This document shows positions 48,619 through 61,657 of a DNA stretch of 64,000 bases, one piece after another (the stretch's first letter is position 1; every line of letters starts with the position of its first letter). The notes under the pieces were generated by a model that was not told where the DNA came from, did not search any database, and saw nothing but the letters and a program-made list of their open reading frames with translations. This DNA is from Spizellomyces punctatus DAOM BR117. Its lineage: Eukaryota. A program made the translations under genes and the position numbers. The stretch lies in assembly GCA_000182565.2 (NCBI GenBank), contig KQ257450.1; one strand, given 5' to 3'.

Positions 48619-51480
48619 TTACATGTCTATCAAGCTATCCATCTCTACCACCTCCCCCCACATCTCTCTGAAAACGGAGACGTATCGCCCCGAGCCACCT
48701 GGGGACAATCCTGTGTGTGGGTGTTCATGACTGATGTCAGATGATATCAGTCCTTGTTCTTCCAGACATCGGAAAGTGTTCAGAAAAAGTGTCTTGTCGC
48801 CAGAGGCCAACGCAGAATCCAAAATGCCAGTAACAGAAACGGTGCGCAAACAGTTACGACTAAGCGCAAATCGCAAAGCATCAAGAACCTGTGACACTTG
48901 TCGTAAGACGGACGGACATACGAACATCGATTGCAGCATACGGGACTAACCTGTCCTCTCGAAATTAAGATATCTACAACATCGTCGTTCGCATTCATCC
49001 TTTTCAACATATCCAGCCCGAGCTGCTGATAGGGTCCGTATTCCGCACTTTTACTAAGCAGTAGACGTGCAACTGCAATCGAATCCTGCACAACATTGTA
49101 CTGAACATATTGATGCAATTCGGCATAGCGCTGGTCCTTGACTAGAAGTTCAGCTAAAAGTTCATGAAAGTATGGCTGGATGGGTTCGGTTGCTGATAAG
49201 GCCGCAATATACTCAAGAATGCATCGGGTTAGGTATCGGACTGGGAAATCCTAGAACAAGTGTTACTCGATTGTCTCGCAGTCCAGAAAACACGAATCAG
49301 GTCAGCCTACCGACTCTCTCCCAAGCACGTTGAAAATGAGGGCATACATATGCTCCTGGCTGAATATGCCCTCGGCATAGTCTGCTGGAGTGCGGTGCCC
49401 ACCAACGGACGACGGTCTTGAGCTTGCTCGCGATCCTGTAGGCATAAATACTTCAGAGGGGTGCGACTTGACAGAATTCTATGTTGGCCTACCAGGTGGT
49501 GATAAGAGTCTTTTCGGGACAGAAGTTTCAGGAGCAGGTGGCAGTCTGCTCCCTGTTCCGGCACGAGAACTCGCAAGTGAGTCGGCTGATTCTGTGGAAA
49601 CATCGCGTACCATCGCCCTGCCTCTATGAACACAACGCGGGATCAATACTGAACAATGTCAGACTACGGCGACGAGCGGCCATTCACCTTGGTACGGACA
49701 CACCACGCCCGGTCGTGTTCAAAAGCTCGAATGCTTTTCGCATTATCCCTGGTTCTGTCTCCGCTCGCAGCATGTCGCGCACGAGGCCAAGTATCAGGGA
49801 AGGATCTTCAATCTTTCGTCGAAGTAGGAACTCCAAAACTTGAAAATCGCTTCGAAGCTCACGCATCGTTTTCGAAATAGCGTCCAAGTTTAACATGAGC
49901 TCATACAAGACTCCGCAGCTCGGCATCAAGATACAGTCAGAGAAACAAGCTTGCCACTCTCCTAAGGCTGCAATATGCACCCATTTAAGACGCCGCTCAT
50001 TTGCGTTGACCAGAGAGTCTAGTTCCCAACCTACCTTCGTCCATCTGGAGCTGCTTGGGTGGTATTATAGGCTGTGAACTTGCATCTTTGAGATCAAAAA
50101 GCAGAGGGTGCTAGGAAAAAATAAGACCCATGCTGCTCATATTTTGGAAATTGAGATTTGGCTACCTTTGCAATAAGGTTGTGAACAACAAGAAGATTGT
50201 CGACAATATTCACAATGAAAGTTCCTCGCCCTTGAAGATGGCAGGAGACTTCGTGGTTTAGAGAGGCCCTTGTAATGCGATACAGAACAAGAATAGGTTT
50301 CTCCGTCGTCAAATCGAAGAAGCTGCAGTACAGGCGCCCGTAGCTGGTTGTGTCGCTTTTGAGAAACCAAGACGTGCAGCGGTTGTGAGCAAACCACCTA
50401 CTCACGCGCATAGGACCGCAATCTGTCGCTTGGTGACATGTACTTGAAGGGTATTACTTTTTCCCCGCGGGACGACGTGTAACGGTGGCAACGGATCGAA
50501 GGAAGCGTCTCCTTTCAGATGGTACAGCTTCAGTGTCAGTGAACTAACCGAGGTGATCAAAATATGGTGATCTGGCTAACATTTAAGCACGTCAACCATC
50601 GTTCAACTCATTACCCTAGGTGATTAGACGCGACTCACCCAGTAACTGTACCAGTTAACGTTGAACTGCTTTGATTTCCTGCGGATAAATTTGTCGTTGC
50701 TTTCGCTATACTACGGACGCTGCGAAGTTACTCGGGTAGTTCTCGCTCATATTGAGGCTGGGAAGGCAACAAACCTGATACAAATCGAGACCCATATTTG
50801 TGATGGCAATCAGTTCTCCAGGGAAAGTCCACTCGAAGCCCAATATCGCCTCAGATGAACGCGCATCTTTAACAATCTCTTGCATACTCGCGGCTTGTCC
50901 CATCGAATTAATCCGCATGATATCCTATGGCTTTTTGGTGAGCTGAATGATGTAGCAAATGCGAGGACGTCCTGAGCGTACCAAAACTTTGGCAGATCGT
51001 AGAATGCCGATAAAAGATCCATCTGAAGATACTTCAACGTCGCGTATCGCGCCCTTGTGTCCCACGCTGCCATGAAGCACGAATTAGATCCTCTACTTTT
51101 CATCCAAAGGTCTCGACGTGGGTCAAAAAGACTGCTACTGTTCCGTGATAGCCGCAAGTCCTCCACACACGGGACGGAGTTACAATGACCAAAACACACC
51201 TGAACTTGACGGTTGCCTCTCCCACCTCCCGGACCAACTCTAGCTCCTCATCATTTTTCAAAAGCACCACACTTTTTCGTGGAGCATCCAAATACACCGT
51301 GGTCACATCTGTAGCCGGTGGAAATGTGCGCGCTGGCCTCAAAATAACGGGACTTTCCGACGCCGATCGCGTTCCATTCGGAAATGGTGAAGAACTACAC
51401 GGAGACACTGGCGAAGCGGCAATGTCGGGTACTGTCTTCGTTGTTACAGGAGGTGATGTCTCTGGAGGGACTTTGTTCAT
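48619..51480 (-). CDS. RMC1: Regulator of MON1-CCZ1 complex (Mic1/C18orf8; multi-exon)
   Basis: ILGFEWT, YGRLYC, NIVDNLLVVHN, LHQYVQYNVVQDSIAVARLLL..QLGLDMLKRM..QVLDALRF (Mic1 domain). Confidence 0.85.
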
Positions 51481-51677
51481 TTGAGGGAAGCATGGAGCGA
51501 ACGGCAAACGTTGGGCAGCGAAAACGAGCTTTGTGGTAAATGGACTGGCTAAGCCTTCGACATGTCTGCGTAAGCGATCGTAATACCTGATGACGTTGGG
51601 ACTTTTGGGTTGTGATTTCTTCCACCTCCAATAATAAGCGGATTTTACAGAAAAGAAACACAAGGACTGTTATCCAC

Positions 51678-53322
51678 ATGGCAGCTTCCAACCTCGTCAA
51701 AACCGTTACAAAGTTCATTCCCCCGCTGAGCAATGCCTTGCACAAAGGGCAAGCCGGTGCGTTTTCAAACCTCACGTTTGGTCGGTTGGTTGGAAGGCGA
51801 ATAGCGTTTGACAGCTAACATCCTTGGAAGTTTAGGAAGAATTGCCGTCATTGGAGGTAGTGAAGAGTAGGTGCCCTCCATTTGGAGTGAATTGTGTAAC
51901 TGTTTGTAGATCCCGTCAAGATGCATATTGTGTTTTTGCTTACATTAAATGACTCGGATAGCTACACTGGCGCACCTTACTTTGCTAGCATCTCTTCTCT
52001 AAAGATGGTAAGAACTTCTCTTCTATTTTAGTGTGATCTGCTGGGTACCTACCTTTGCGGTGCTCAACAAACCACCAATCACTTTAGGGAGCCGACTTGT
52101 GTCATGTATTTTGTGAAAAGAATGCTGGTCTCGTCATCAAGGTAGTGCAAGTGCCAGAAGAAGACGCCGTAAATGACCCCTGATATGTCTCTCTCTGGTT
52201 TGATCTGATCCCTCCGACAAGAGCTATTCACCGGAGCTCATGGTCCATCCCTATCTCCGCAACTCCGAGTAATGTCTATTGTGCGAGGCTGTTAGAGGAG
52301 GCCAATTGTTGCTCATGATCCTACAGCTCAATAGGTATTGATCTGAAGAATCAGGATCGAGTTGAAGCAGAAATAAACAAGATTGTCGAGCGCGTCACGT
52401 CAATGTTTCCCCGTCTGCACGTCCTTGTCGTAGGACCAGGGTTATCTCGGGATGAGATCATGATCGAAACGACAAAAAGGGTCATTGTGAAAGCAAAGGA
52501 AAATGGGATGCCTCTAGTGATTGATGCGGTATGTGGCTGGTTGTGGGCTGGGAAAGATTCTCTCGCGGTGCCAGATTCCTAATAAATGTGCGACAGGATG
52601 GCTTGTACCTCGTGCAAAAGAACCCAGACATAATCCGAGGATATCCTTTGGCTGTGCTAACGCCTAATGCCAACGAGTTTACGCGCCTGTGCGAGTCAGT
52701 GGTATGTAGGAGTGACGATCTCATGTTGCACGGCTGCCTACGTATTCAGTCGTATGTCAGAATGTCCCTTGCGGAAAGGAATACCGTGATGACGTTGCGC
52801 TAAAATTAAGTCAAGCGTTTGGGAATGTAACGATCCTTCAAAAAGGTTCAAGGGATATAATCAGCAATGGCAAAGAGGGTAGAGTGAAATGCATGCATCA
52901 AGTGCAACCTTAAGATATTGACTTACCGAATGATCCGTAGTGTTGATATGCGATGCGGAAGGCAGCCCACGTCGGTGTGGAGGCCAGGGTGACCTTCTCT
53001 CCGGAGCGTGTGCGACTTTTTTAGCATGGGGCAAAAATTACGAAGCAAAGGCCTGGGAGTACGTTATTGACTATGTGCCATACCTATATGTGTACAAGTT
53101 TGACCATTTTACAGGCACCCGTCAAATCCAGATATTGACAACGACTTTCAAGTCCGCATTCCTTTGCTCGCAGCATGGGCTGCTGCCTTATTAACACGCA
53201 ACTGTTCTCGCGCGGGATTTGCAAAACATGGACGAGCTATGATGACGACAGACATGATTGAACAGGTGGGGGATGTCTTTAGATCAACTTTTGAGCCGGA
53301 TCAGAAGAAAGCGACCCTCTAG
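51678..53322 (+). CDS. NAXD: ATP-dependent NAD(P)HX dehydratase (CARKD/Nnr2; multi-exon)
   Basis: [61 protein letters not shown]. Confidence 0.95.
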
Positions 53323-53372
53323 TATCTATATTCTTTATACAACACGGTAATCCGCTTGGCATATGTACAGAG

Positions 53373-55242
53373 TTAGCAGTGTGGCGGCCTGCGCAGGACC
53401 AATGGGAGGCAGAGTGGGCAGATACATTTCGTTGTGTATAGAGGGCTGCTGAGCCGACCCTCTTGATCTCCGCGTGCACCCCGTTCAACGATGATCACGA
53501 TGATGTCCTCCATCTCTGTAAGTTGCTCTATCCTCATGAGGATAGCGCCCATCCATTCCCCTGCCGCTGCGGCCATTGTATGAACTTCGTCCAAAGTTTC
53601 TCCTGTCACCATCGCGTCTGCCGTAGGGTGAGAAGCGTTCAGTCGAGCGGCGGTCTTGGTGACTGTGGCGCTCTTGCCATTGCCTTTCCGGTGGAGGGGG
53701 CTATCGTATGATACGCCGATTCAAAGTCAGAGACCGTCCACATAGTGATAATGTAGTTCCAGCAACTTACGTCCGGGATTGGTAGTTTCCATTCTCGTAA
53801 GCATCTGTTTCTCACTTCTATTTGATCGAAAGATGAGAGCGATGGATCATCCGCATACTTTCGCAGTTCCTGCAGAGCTTCGGTTTGCCGGATGCAAAGT
53901 CTGTTCATGGCTTGTTAGGTCTTATGATATCTGAGACTACAGGAAGCAGACCAAACTGACCTCATGTTCACCGACCGCACACGGTCAATGAACTTTTCGT
54001 CGCCGTTAACAGCGTCCCTGTCCATTAGCCCCGTAACTTCCAACGCATCTTTTGCCTGATGTGCCCGCAGATCGTTCATTCGATCGTTAACGGCGAAGAG
54101 GTGTTCGATAATTCGGGGAGGATGTGGCACACGTAGATTACGGCAAACTATGTACCTTTCAGCAGTATCAGGTGGACTCGCCAGAGGTTTCACTATCGTT
54201 ACTTTCTCAAAGCATCGATAGAGAATGTATAGGATATCAACAGTGAACGGCGTAAATACATCGAAAATTTGCATCACAAAGTCGCCATGTTTCCTCAGGA
54301 CCAAAAGCGCTGCCAAGACTTGACACAAGACCAGCTGTCGTATGTGATATTCTTGATTGCCCGCAATGTCAATTTCGCCGCTGTCTGCCATCACGAGATC
54401 TAATCCCTCGTTATTCGTCGCGTATTCAACCAACTCATGAAAGCCGCGGATATTTTCGTTTTTTCGCAGATCGCCAGTGCCATCTCCATAAAATGGTTCA
54501 AATAGTTGCTTCACGCAACTATCTGGATGCATCCTGTCCAGAGCAGAATCCTGTCTGCCTCGTGAAGTCATTCCCCATCCTCGGATTGGTATTCCCCTCG
54601 CGTTTGCTCGCCAGAGCAGATACTCTGTGAATCCGCCCGGTCCTGAACATAAATCAGCGAATCGTAATTCACCAGTACCCGTTCGCGCATTTATGTCTGT
54701 GAATTGAAAAAGAGCGTCCATATTTGCCATCTTGACTGCAGTTGGATATGCAAAGATGGATTTCCCCAGGCATTGGTAGGGATTAGCTCGGGACTTGGCT
54801 CTGTACATATCTTGCGGTGCAAGATCCTTCAGCTTCTCCTTTGCGGCAACAAGGTTCTCCACAATGGTTTTCTCACAAAATCGGCTGTAGTCGGTTTCTC
54901 CTACCTAAGCTCGAATCCCATTTAACGTGTGAAACAAAGAAAATCGTTGTTTAACTTACAACTGACCTCTTCCACCAAAATGCGTAAGTGCTGCAGCCAT
55001 TCATCATCTTCCAAACTCGCGTCGCATACCATCCATTGCACAGACTGTTCGTGAGCAACAGTTTTATCCGTCCTGTAGACTGCTGGCGATGGCGGAAATG
55101 CACGATCTACAGGTGCTCTTCCGTTGTCATGTCGGTTTCGAAGTCTTGGGGGTGTGAGCTGTGGAGGTGGGACTGGGGATACTAGCGGGGTTGCAATGTA
55201 CTCGGGGTCGTCCGTGTAAAGGTCGTTCCCGGTGGTTGCCAT
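53373..55242 (-). CDS. CMTR1: Cap-specific 2'-O-methyltransferase CMTR1-like (FtsJ domain), catalytically divergent
   Basis: RAKSRANPY, AVKMANMD, FADLCSGPGGFTEY, GDGTGDL, LVMADSG, IVKPLAS..ERYIVC. Confidence 0.85.
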
Positions 55243-56395
55243 ATTAGTGAGTCGCTCTGATGCAGCAACCGTTGCAAAAGATGTGTGGAATATGCCTTCG
55301 GGATTGTTGTTGCTGTGTGATGGCATCCATTTTACACGTGTTTTCATCCATTTCCAATGATCGCCCAGTTGAGCTTTCAACATTACAAGCAGCACTGCGA
55401 GAAAAAAGTATCATCTGAGAGCTCTTGACATGTCAGCAATATCCATAGTTTCCTGGTTGGGAATGGGAGAAGCAGTTAAGAGTTTTGCGAATTGAAAAGA
55501 TCAAACCTCTGCTGTTAGCAAGCCAATTGGCATCCTTAACGCAATTACTACAAGTTTAACCCAGTAACGGAATGCATAAACGCATTTGAACAATGAGGCT
55601 GCCCGAATATCGGCTGCAGATTATGTGTCGGTACTGACAATCATATAATTTGAGAAAAGGATACGTGTCGCTTTGGAACCCAGACAGCCAACAATAATTA
55701 ACAAGAATATCTACGATATCAAGCCCTCCATAGTGGTTATCGTTCGGCAAGACAGTGGAAGCAACTGTGTAACCACTACGAGTAGACTACTGTGAATGGA
55801 AGAGGGAGCCACGAACAGCGAAGAAAAAAAACGATAAGGACTAACGAACTCAGGAGCTGTTGCCAACTTGTCATGGGTCGAAGACCATGCGGACGAGACA
55901 TGCAGAGCTAACGCAGCTAAGCAATCACCATCGCAGGTCCTGCAGACCAACTGGGCGCAGAAACTCTATTTCTACCAACCCATGGAAGAAAAAGAGCGGA
56001 TGGGTCCAGTAACGCAGCGCACAGCGTCTACCGACGGACAGGACATAAAACCGGTTATCGTGCGTGCCTAAGGGACCCTACCTCTCCCACAAACCAACGT
56101 CGCATGATTTGGGAACCACGAAAAGTCACTGTTTCCTATGTAGATACGCGCCAGGTGTGTCGGGGCAGGAAGCGCGAGCTAGGTCAAACAGCAGATGATG
56201 GAGGTCGTTTTGGCAGGAGGAGGTTGGGTGTTCATGGCCAGGGCTTCAAGTGTGAGGCAAACCAGGTTGCTTGCATGATTCTAACCCATTATAATGTATC
56301 AAACCGGGTTTGTAGTCATGGAAACAGAACATTCACAAGGCACTTTAGCACTCAACACTCGAAAGAACTGGCCGGATCCCAGCTGAGATATCACA

Positions 56396-57178
56396 ATGTT
56401 GGCAACAGCCCTACGCCGGAGGGCAATTTTGCCAGTTGTTCCAGCGCCGTCTGGCCTCGGAAGACCAGCAGCTTGCGCTCGCCGCGCAACATTGCGATTT
56501 TCCAGTACAACACCTGCTGCACCCAAACCCCAAGCAGCCGCCTCCTCTCTCTTTCAAGCCGCCAAGGAGGATGCTGAATCGACAGGTGCTGTAAGCGGAA
56601 CGACGAGCTCCGAGGATGCTACAGTCCCAACACCATCAAAGGCAACAGACAAGGCCATTCCCACATTCACAACCGGCGATTTTCGTGTATCGCCACGCAA
56701 ACTCCTCCATCTCGCCCGTCTCATACGCGGAATGCCCCTCCTCGAAGCCGAAGTCCAAATGAAAATGTCCAAAAAGCGCCCGGCTGATCGAGTCCGTGCC
56801 ATGTTACATCGAGCCGCATCTGCACTACAACACAATTATGGAAAAGATCCGAAAAGTTACATTGTCCAGCAGGCGTGGGTTGGGAAAGGCACCTATTTGA
56901 AGAGACTGAAAATTCACGGCAAAGCCCGATTCGGTGTCATGCACCGTCCAGCAGGCCACGTGAAAATTATCTTGGCTGAGAAGAAGATGGACAAAACCAA
57001 GCAGGAGAAGGACTTTGACAAATTGGTGGACATGTTCAAAAGGCATAACCTGTATATTCCGCTGCGTGACAGTGAGCCTGTACGCTTCTTACATCCCCCG
57101 TGGAGTAGAAAGCCATGGAAGTATGTGACGAGTCCAAAGTGGGTGGATCCAAAGAATGCATTGGCGCGGGATCGGTAG
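56396..57178 (+). CDS. MRPL22: Mitochondrial ribosomal protein uL22m
   Basis: RVSPRKLLHLARLIRG, QAWVGKGTYLKR..HGKARFG; Arg/Ala-rich N-terminal presequence. Confidence 0.92.
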   Translation: MLATALRRRAILPVVPAPSGLGRPAACARRATLRFSSTTPAAPKPQAAASSLFQAAKEDAESTGAVSGTTSSEDATVPTPSKATDKAIPTFTTGDFRVSPRKLLHLARLIRGMPLLEAEVQMKMSKKRPADRVRAMLHRAASALQHNYGKDPKSYIVQQAWVGKGTYLKRLKIHGKARFGVMHRPAGHVKIILAEKKMDKTKQEKDFDKLVDMFKRHNLYIPLRDSEPVRFLHPPWSRKPWKYVTSPKWVDPKNALARDR

Positions 57179-57510
57179 GGCTGGGGTGGAAGATGGGAGC
57201 TACATACGTCTATGTCGGATCATACGGCTGTCATGATACACGTATTTACAATCTTTTTGAAAATATTATTTACTCTACAAGGAAGGGAATTGGTCTGGTG
57301 TGGACTTGTGATGCCTCTTTGCTGCGATAGCATGCATTATAGCATGGCACGTCGTACGTGATACAGGACAGAAATAGTGTTTGGAAGCAGTTTTGCGCAT
57401 CTCGTATTAGATTCCAGTACGACCCGAATAGTGTAGAGGTGACAGAAACTGGCACTAGCTACTACACCAGTCAACTCCGCACTATGTACAAACTTTTCTT
57501 CAACAGTTCA

Positions 57511-59696
57511 TCATAGCAGACACTCCTTCTCGACATTGATAAATGCAGCAGCACCATTTCCCGCCCTTACCAACTCTTGCACTGCCACGCACGTCTGTCG
57601 ATATATATTTTCAATGGCTGGAACGGCAGGCCGATGTTGTGAAACTAGAGCAGCTTTAGTAGGGTATACGAGCGGTTACTCGTCAAGATTGATCGCTTAC
57701 CAAGTATGGCACTGTTGACAGCATCAGCCACAAGGATTCGATTCGAAGGATCCAATAGATAGGCAACAGGACTCGTTGCGGGTTCTGAATACGCCACTAG
57801 GGAATAAGTTTCCTAGCAATAACCAAAATATCAGAAAGAGTTTTCTTTTCATCACTGACGAGGAGGCAAAGAGAACTAACCACAAGTGCATTTCGGACTT
57901 CTTCGCTTTCGCTGGACCCAAACTCCTTTTGCAAGTCTTGTCCAAACTGTACTACATCCCTCATTGAGTCGGCTGGCATATGTGACGAGGCTGCGCTACC
58001 ACTGGCAGCCGTATCATCAGCATCTACATCCATTGCGTTTCTGCCGTCATCCAACCGAGCTTCAGGTGTCCCCGATAAAGCTCGTATCATTTCAACAAAC
58101 TTCTGACTGCGAAGCTGGAAGTCGAGATGTTGGTTTTGGGGTAGTATTGATGGATAGAATGACTTGATCAGGTTGATGGCTTCATCCATATCGCCATTCA
58201 AAACCTGAGCACGAATCACTGGTTATGACAGACGGCTTAATATCGTTGTCATATCACGGTGTGCTCCAAGAACTCTTACTTTGTCGTTGACGAATATCAT
58301 CTTTGCTGAAAACATCGTCGTCAACCATCATCCTTTTGTTGCTCTCCGATACGTGTCCGGATGTAGAAGAAGAACTTGATCGCCCCACGATCGCATTCCC
58401 ATGGAATGTAGCAGCTGTTTCGCAAAATCCGTGATGTATTAGATATGCAAGGATGAGCTCATTGATGTCAGTTGACCCGTCGCGTCTTTGGCCTTTTAGC
58501 CCTGAGTCTGACGAATCTTGTGGAATGTCGGTAGTCGGCAGGGAGGGAAGCGGTGCAGCATTCACGGAGTGCCACAACCTTGCCTTCTCTTCCTGTAAAG
58601 TAGCATCACCTATGTAAGAATTGGATGCGTGTGCGTCTCATTATTCGTCCGACCTTGTAATGATGTTCAATATCGAACTTGAATTTTCGTTGTCCAAAGT
58701 TTGCCTCCACAATTTCTCCCGGTGTTCGGAGTCCCACTGATGGATATAGTGCTCCATCACTCTTTCCATGATCGACAACGTTCTTAAACGCCACTCCTAG
58801 CCATACCCCGTTTTTGGTGAACGAGACAGTCTTGCTCATAAAGTTGATAACACATCCGATGATATCACCGGTTGTAAAGATGGGACCATATGCCTTCCCA
58901 GTCCCTGAGCAGCAAAACGAGTGTCCATCATCCCCATGGTATCCCCAAGAGTTATCCTCCCATCCTTTAAATCACCGACATGGATTAAGTCATGACGCCG
59001 CACGTGAGCTTGAGATCAACAATGCGTCCTACATACCTGGTAAGCGATTTAACGGAACGTTTTGTGCACAGAGTCCTACACCGATATAGCTACAGTCATG
59101 GTGCCATACACACTTAGTCAAGCTGCAGAGCTATCAACAACAAACGTATACATACCCATCTCTTCCTTTGCTGATAATCGTGACCTCATAATAGAATAAA
59201 CCACACTGTGGTGGGATGGGATGATTGGTTCTCACTGCTGCCGCATGTGCATCAGTCTGTCCAGGACCTAGTAGTGAAATATTTTTAAAAAATGACATGT
59301 TACAAAGTAGACATGAAGTATACCAAACAACCAACCTGTATATGTAACTCTCAAGCTCGTTGCTGACAATTCCAGTGATGGGCTCTTGTCTTTGTTACTC
59401 CACTGGGTTGGCAGATTAATGGCTTTTGATGGCTTTTTTTCTGACGGAGATGTGTCGCAGTCGCCTAGTGCCTTTGCCAGTTCTCCATTGGAATGCCGTG
59501 ACTCGGTACTTATGAACGCCGATGCTGGCAGGGAAGTAAAGAGAGGAGATTTTCGTTCTGCGGTTGAGCTTCTTGGAGCACAGTCAACGCCGAAAGGCAA
59601 TCCAAGTGGCGAGTCGGCAAGGTAGTCGGGAGGCTTGTTACGAAGAGTTTTTACACGTACAGGTGGAGAACCGCTAATATTGGTGGGATGTGACAT
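57511..59696 (-). CDS. RANBP9: RanBP9/10 (SPRY-LisH-CTLH-CRA) GID/CTLH complex subunit (multi-exon)
   Basis: [70 protein letters not shown]. Confidence 0.92.
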
Positions 59697-60282
59697 GTTG
59701 GAAGATGGCAATGAGCTTGAACTGGCGGGATTCCGAGGCGCGCTTTGACCAAGGAAGTTGCTGGGAATGATCCCAACATTTTCAATGAGCAGCGTGTCGC
59801 GGTGCAGACAACTCACACATACTCACAGAACGGGGGGGAGGAAAGAAGAAGCTCTGCGGGTTGACGACGACTGCGATGAAGTATTGGTGTTTGTCATGCC
59901 TCCAAAAGGCTTGCAGTGCAAACGTAGCGACGGCTAGCAACGTCCTGGTCGATCAACCGTCGTCAGTCATCCGACCCTTGCTAAGCCACTATCACCGTCC
60001 AGCTCACCACAAGTTTTTGTTTATCGAGATATCTGCAGCTTTTTGTTTATCGAAATATCTGCAAGGCCAAAGTCTGCCAATAGCCAAGATGAAAAAGGGT
60101 TCTAAGCTGCCCGGAATGGGAAACGGTAATTTACCCAACTCCAAAGGTTTAGGATGATCGTAACAGTAACGGATGATTAAAATAAATACAAAATCACACT
60201 TCTACACCTAGCATTGTATCTACACTGAAGCAAACCAAAAATTGGATGTGTCATCGAATGGATATTTCACCCTACGTTGATG

Positions 60283-61381
60283 TCACTCTTTTCTTTTTTT
60301 TCTCGTCCACCCCGCTCCATCCTTCTTCTTTCGTCCACCATGCTCGTCCAACCCGTCCTCACCAGTTTCCTCGACATCAATCACCTCACCTTCGTTCTCA
60401 TCTGATGACAGAGTAAATGATGAAGCAGCAGAATCTGTCTTTTTGTGTCGGTTCTTTCTAGCGCCTGACGCAGGTGTTGTAGCAGCTGATGTGGGAACAG
60501 CCCTTCCGAATCCAGCATCCAAGCATGTCGAACAGTACCATTTGCCTTTTGGGGGAGTGACAAGTCCTACGCAAGAGTAATGGAACCATTCTATTGGACA
60601 GGACGGATTGTCGCAGCCTACCATGTCCCCGTACGAAATTTGGCGACAGATGCAGTAGAGAATTTGGTCTTCATCTGACGAGGACGAAGACTCTTGTTTC
60701 CGGCGAGATTTGCGTGAAAATGTATCTGGAGCAGGAGTGGAAGGGGCAGAACGTTTGCGGGAGCGGGTAGAGTTAGATGATTGGGAGTACTGTTGTTGGT
60801 GCTCGAGACGGGATATGGCTTTTTCCAGGCGGTTGAAATGGGCGTTGAACTATCATTGTAAATTAGTGTGGGCAGAAGTCTACCTTTCAAACGATAGCTA
60901 CTTGTAGCTATAACATACCTGATCCAATACCCGCTGACTTGTATCAACCTTTTGCTCAGCTTTTTGCAACGCATCTCGATAGTCGCTTCTATATCCCATG
61001 AGAGCTCCTCTTGCATCTTTGTCAGCTCCTATTATCACCGGCCCACCCCCAGTTGCAGTTGCAGATCGCCGCACTACATCGGCCAAACCATCAAACGTTC
61101 AGCTTAAATGCGATAAATTAACCGATATTAAATTGACAGTTACTTTTCATGATTGCAGCATAAGAACGAGCGTTATGACGCATAGATTCAACAACAGCAT
61201 GGAATTGTTCATCAAGAGATCGGAGAACAGACATGTTGAAGGAAAGCTCCGACGGAAGATTTGAGATGGCTATCAAGTGTGACGATTATTACCTTCAAAT
61301 GTTTAATTAATGGATATATTGATGCTCACATTCTAGATATTCTGTCAAAATATCGTCCACACTCCCATTGTCGTTGGACAT
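60283..61381 (-). CDS. ING-family PHD finger protein (multi-exon)
   Basis: [62 protein letters not shown]. Confidence 0.93.
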
Positions 61382-61657
61382 GCCTCGCCCGTTGGCGATA
61401 GGTACATGCACTATAACTTAGAGCAAAAACCACAAGAAAAAAAATGGGGAAGGTTGGGCAATAATCGGTAGTGTTCAAACCAGCCCTGATCGAATTTCTT
61501 CCCTTTTGAAAACAACTGGCTGTTTCGGGAGTTTACGTAATAACGTCTAAGCCATGTATCGTAATCCGATTATTTCTTTTTGGGTTTGTCAATCTTGCTT
61601 TCCCAGAAATCCATTTATCATTCATTTCCCCTAACACTTTACAAGTAAAGAACACCA

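Noticed and set aside
53311-53322. C-terminal ATL of NAXD as a peroxisomal targeting signal
   Set aside because: Does not match the canonical [SAC][KRH][LM] PTS1
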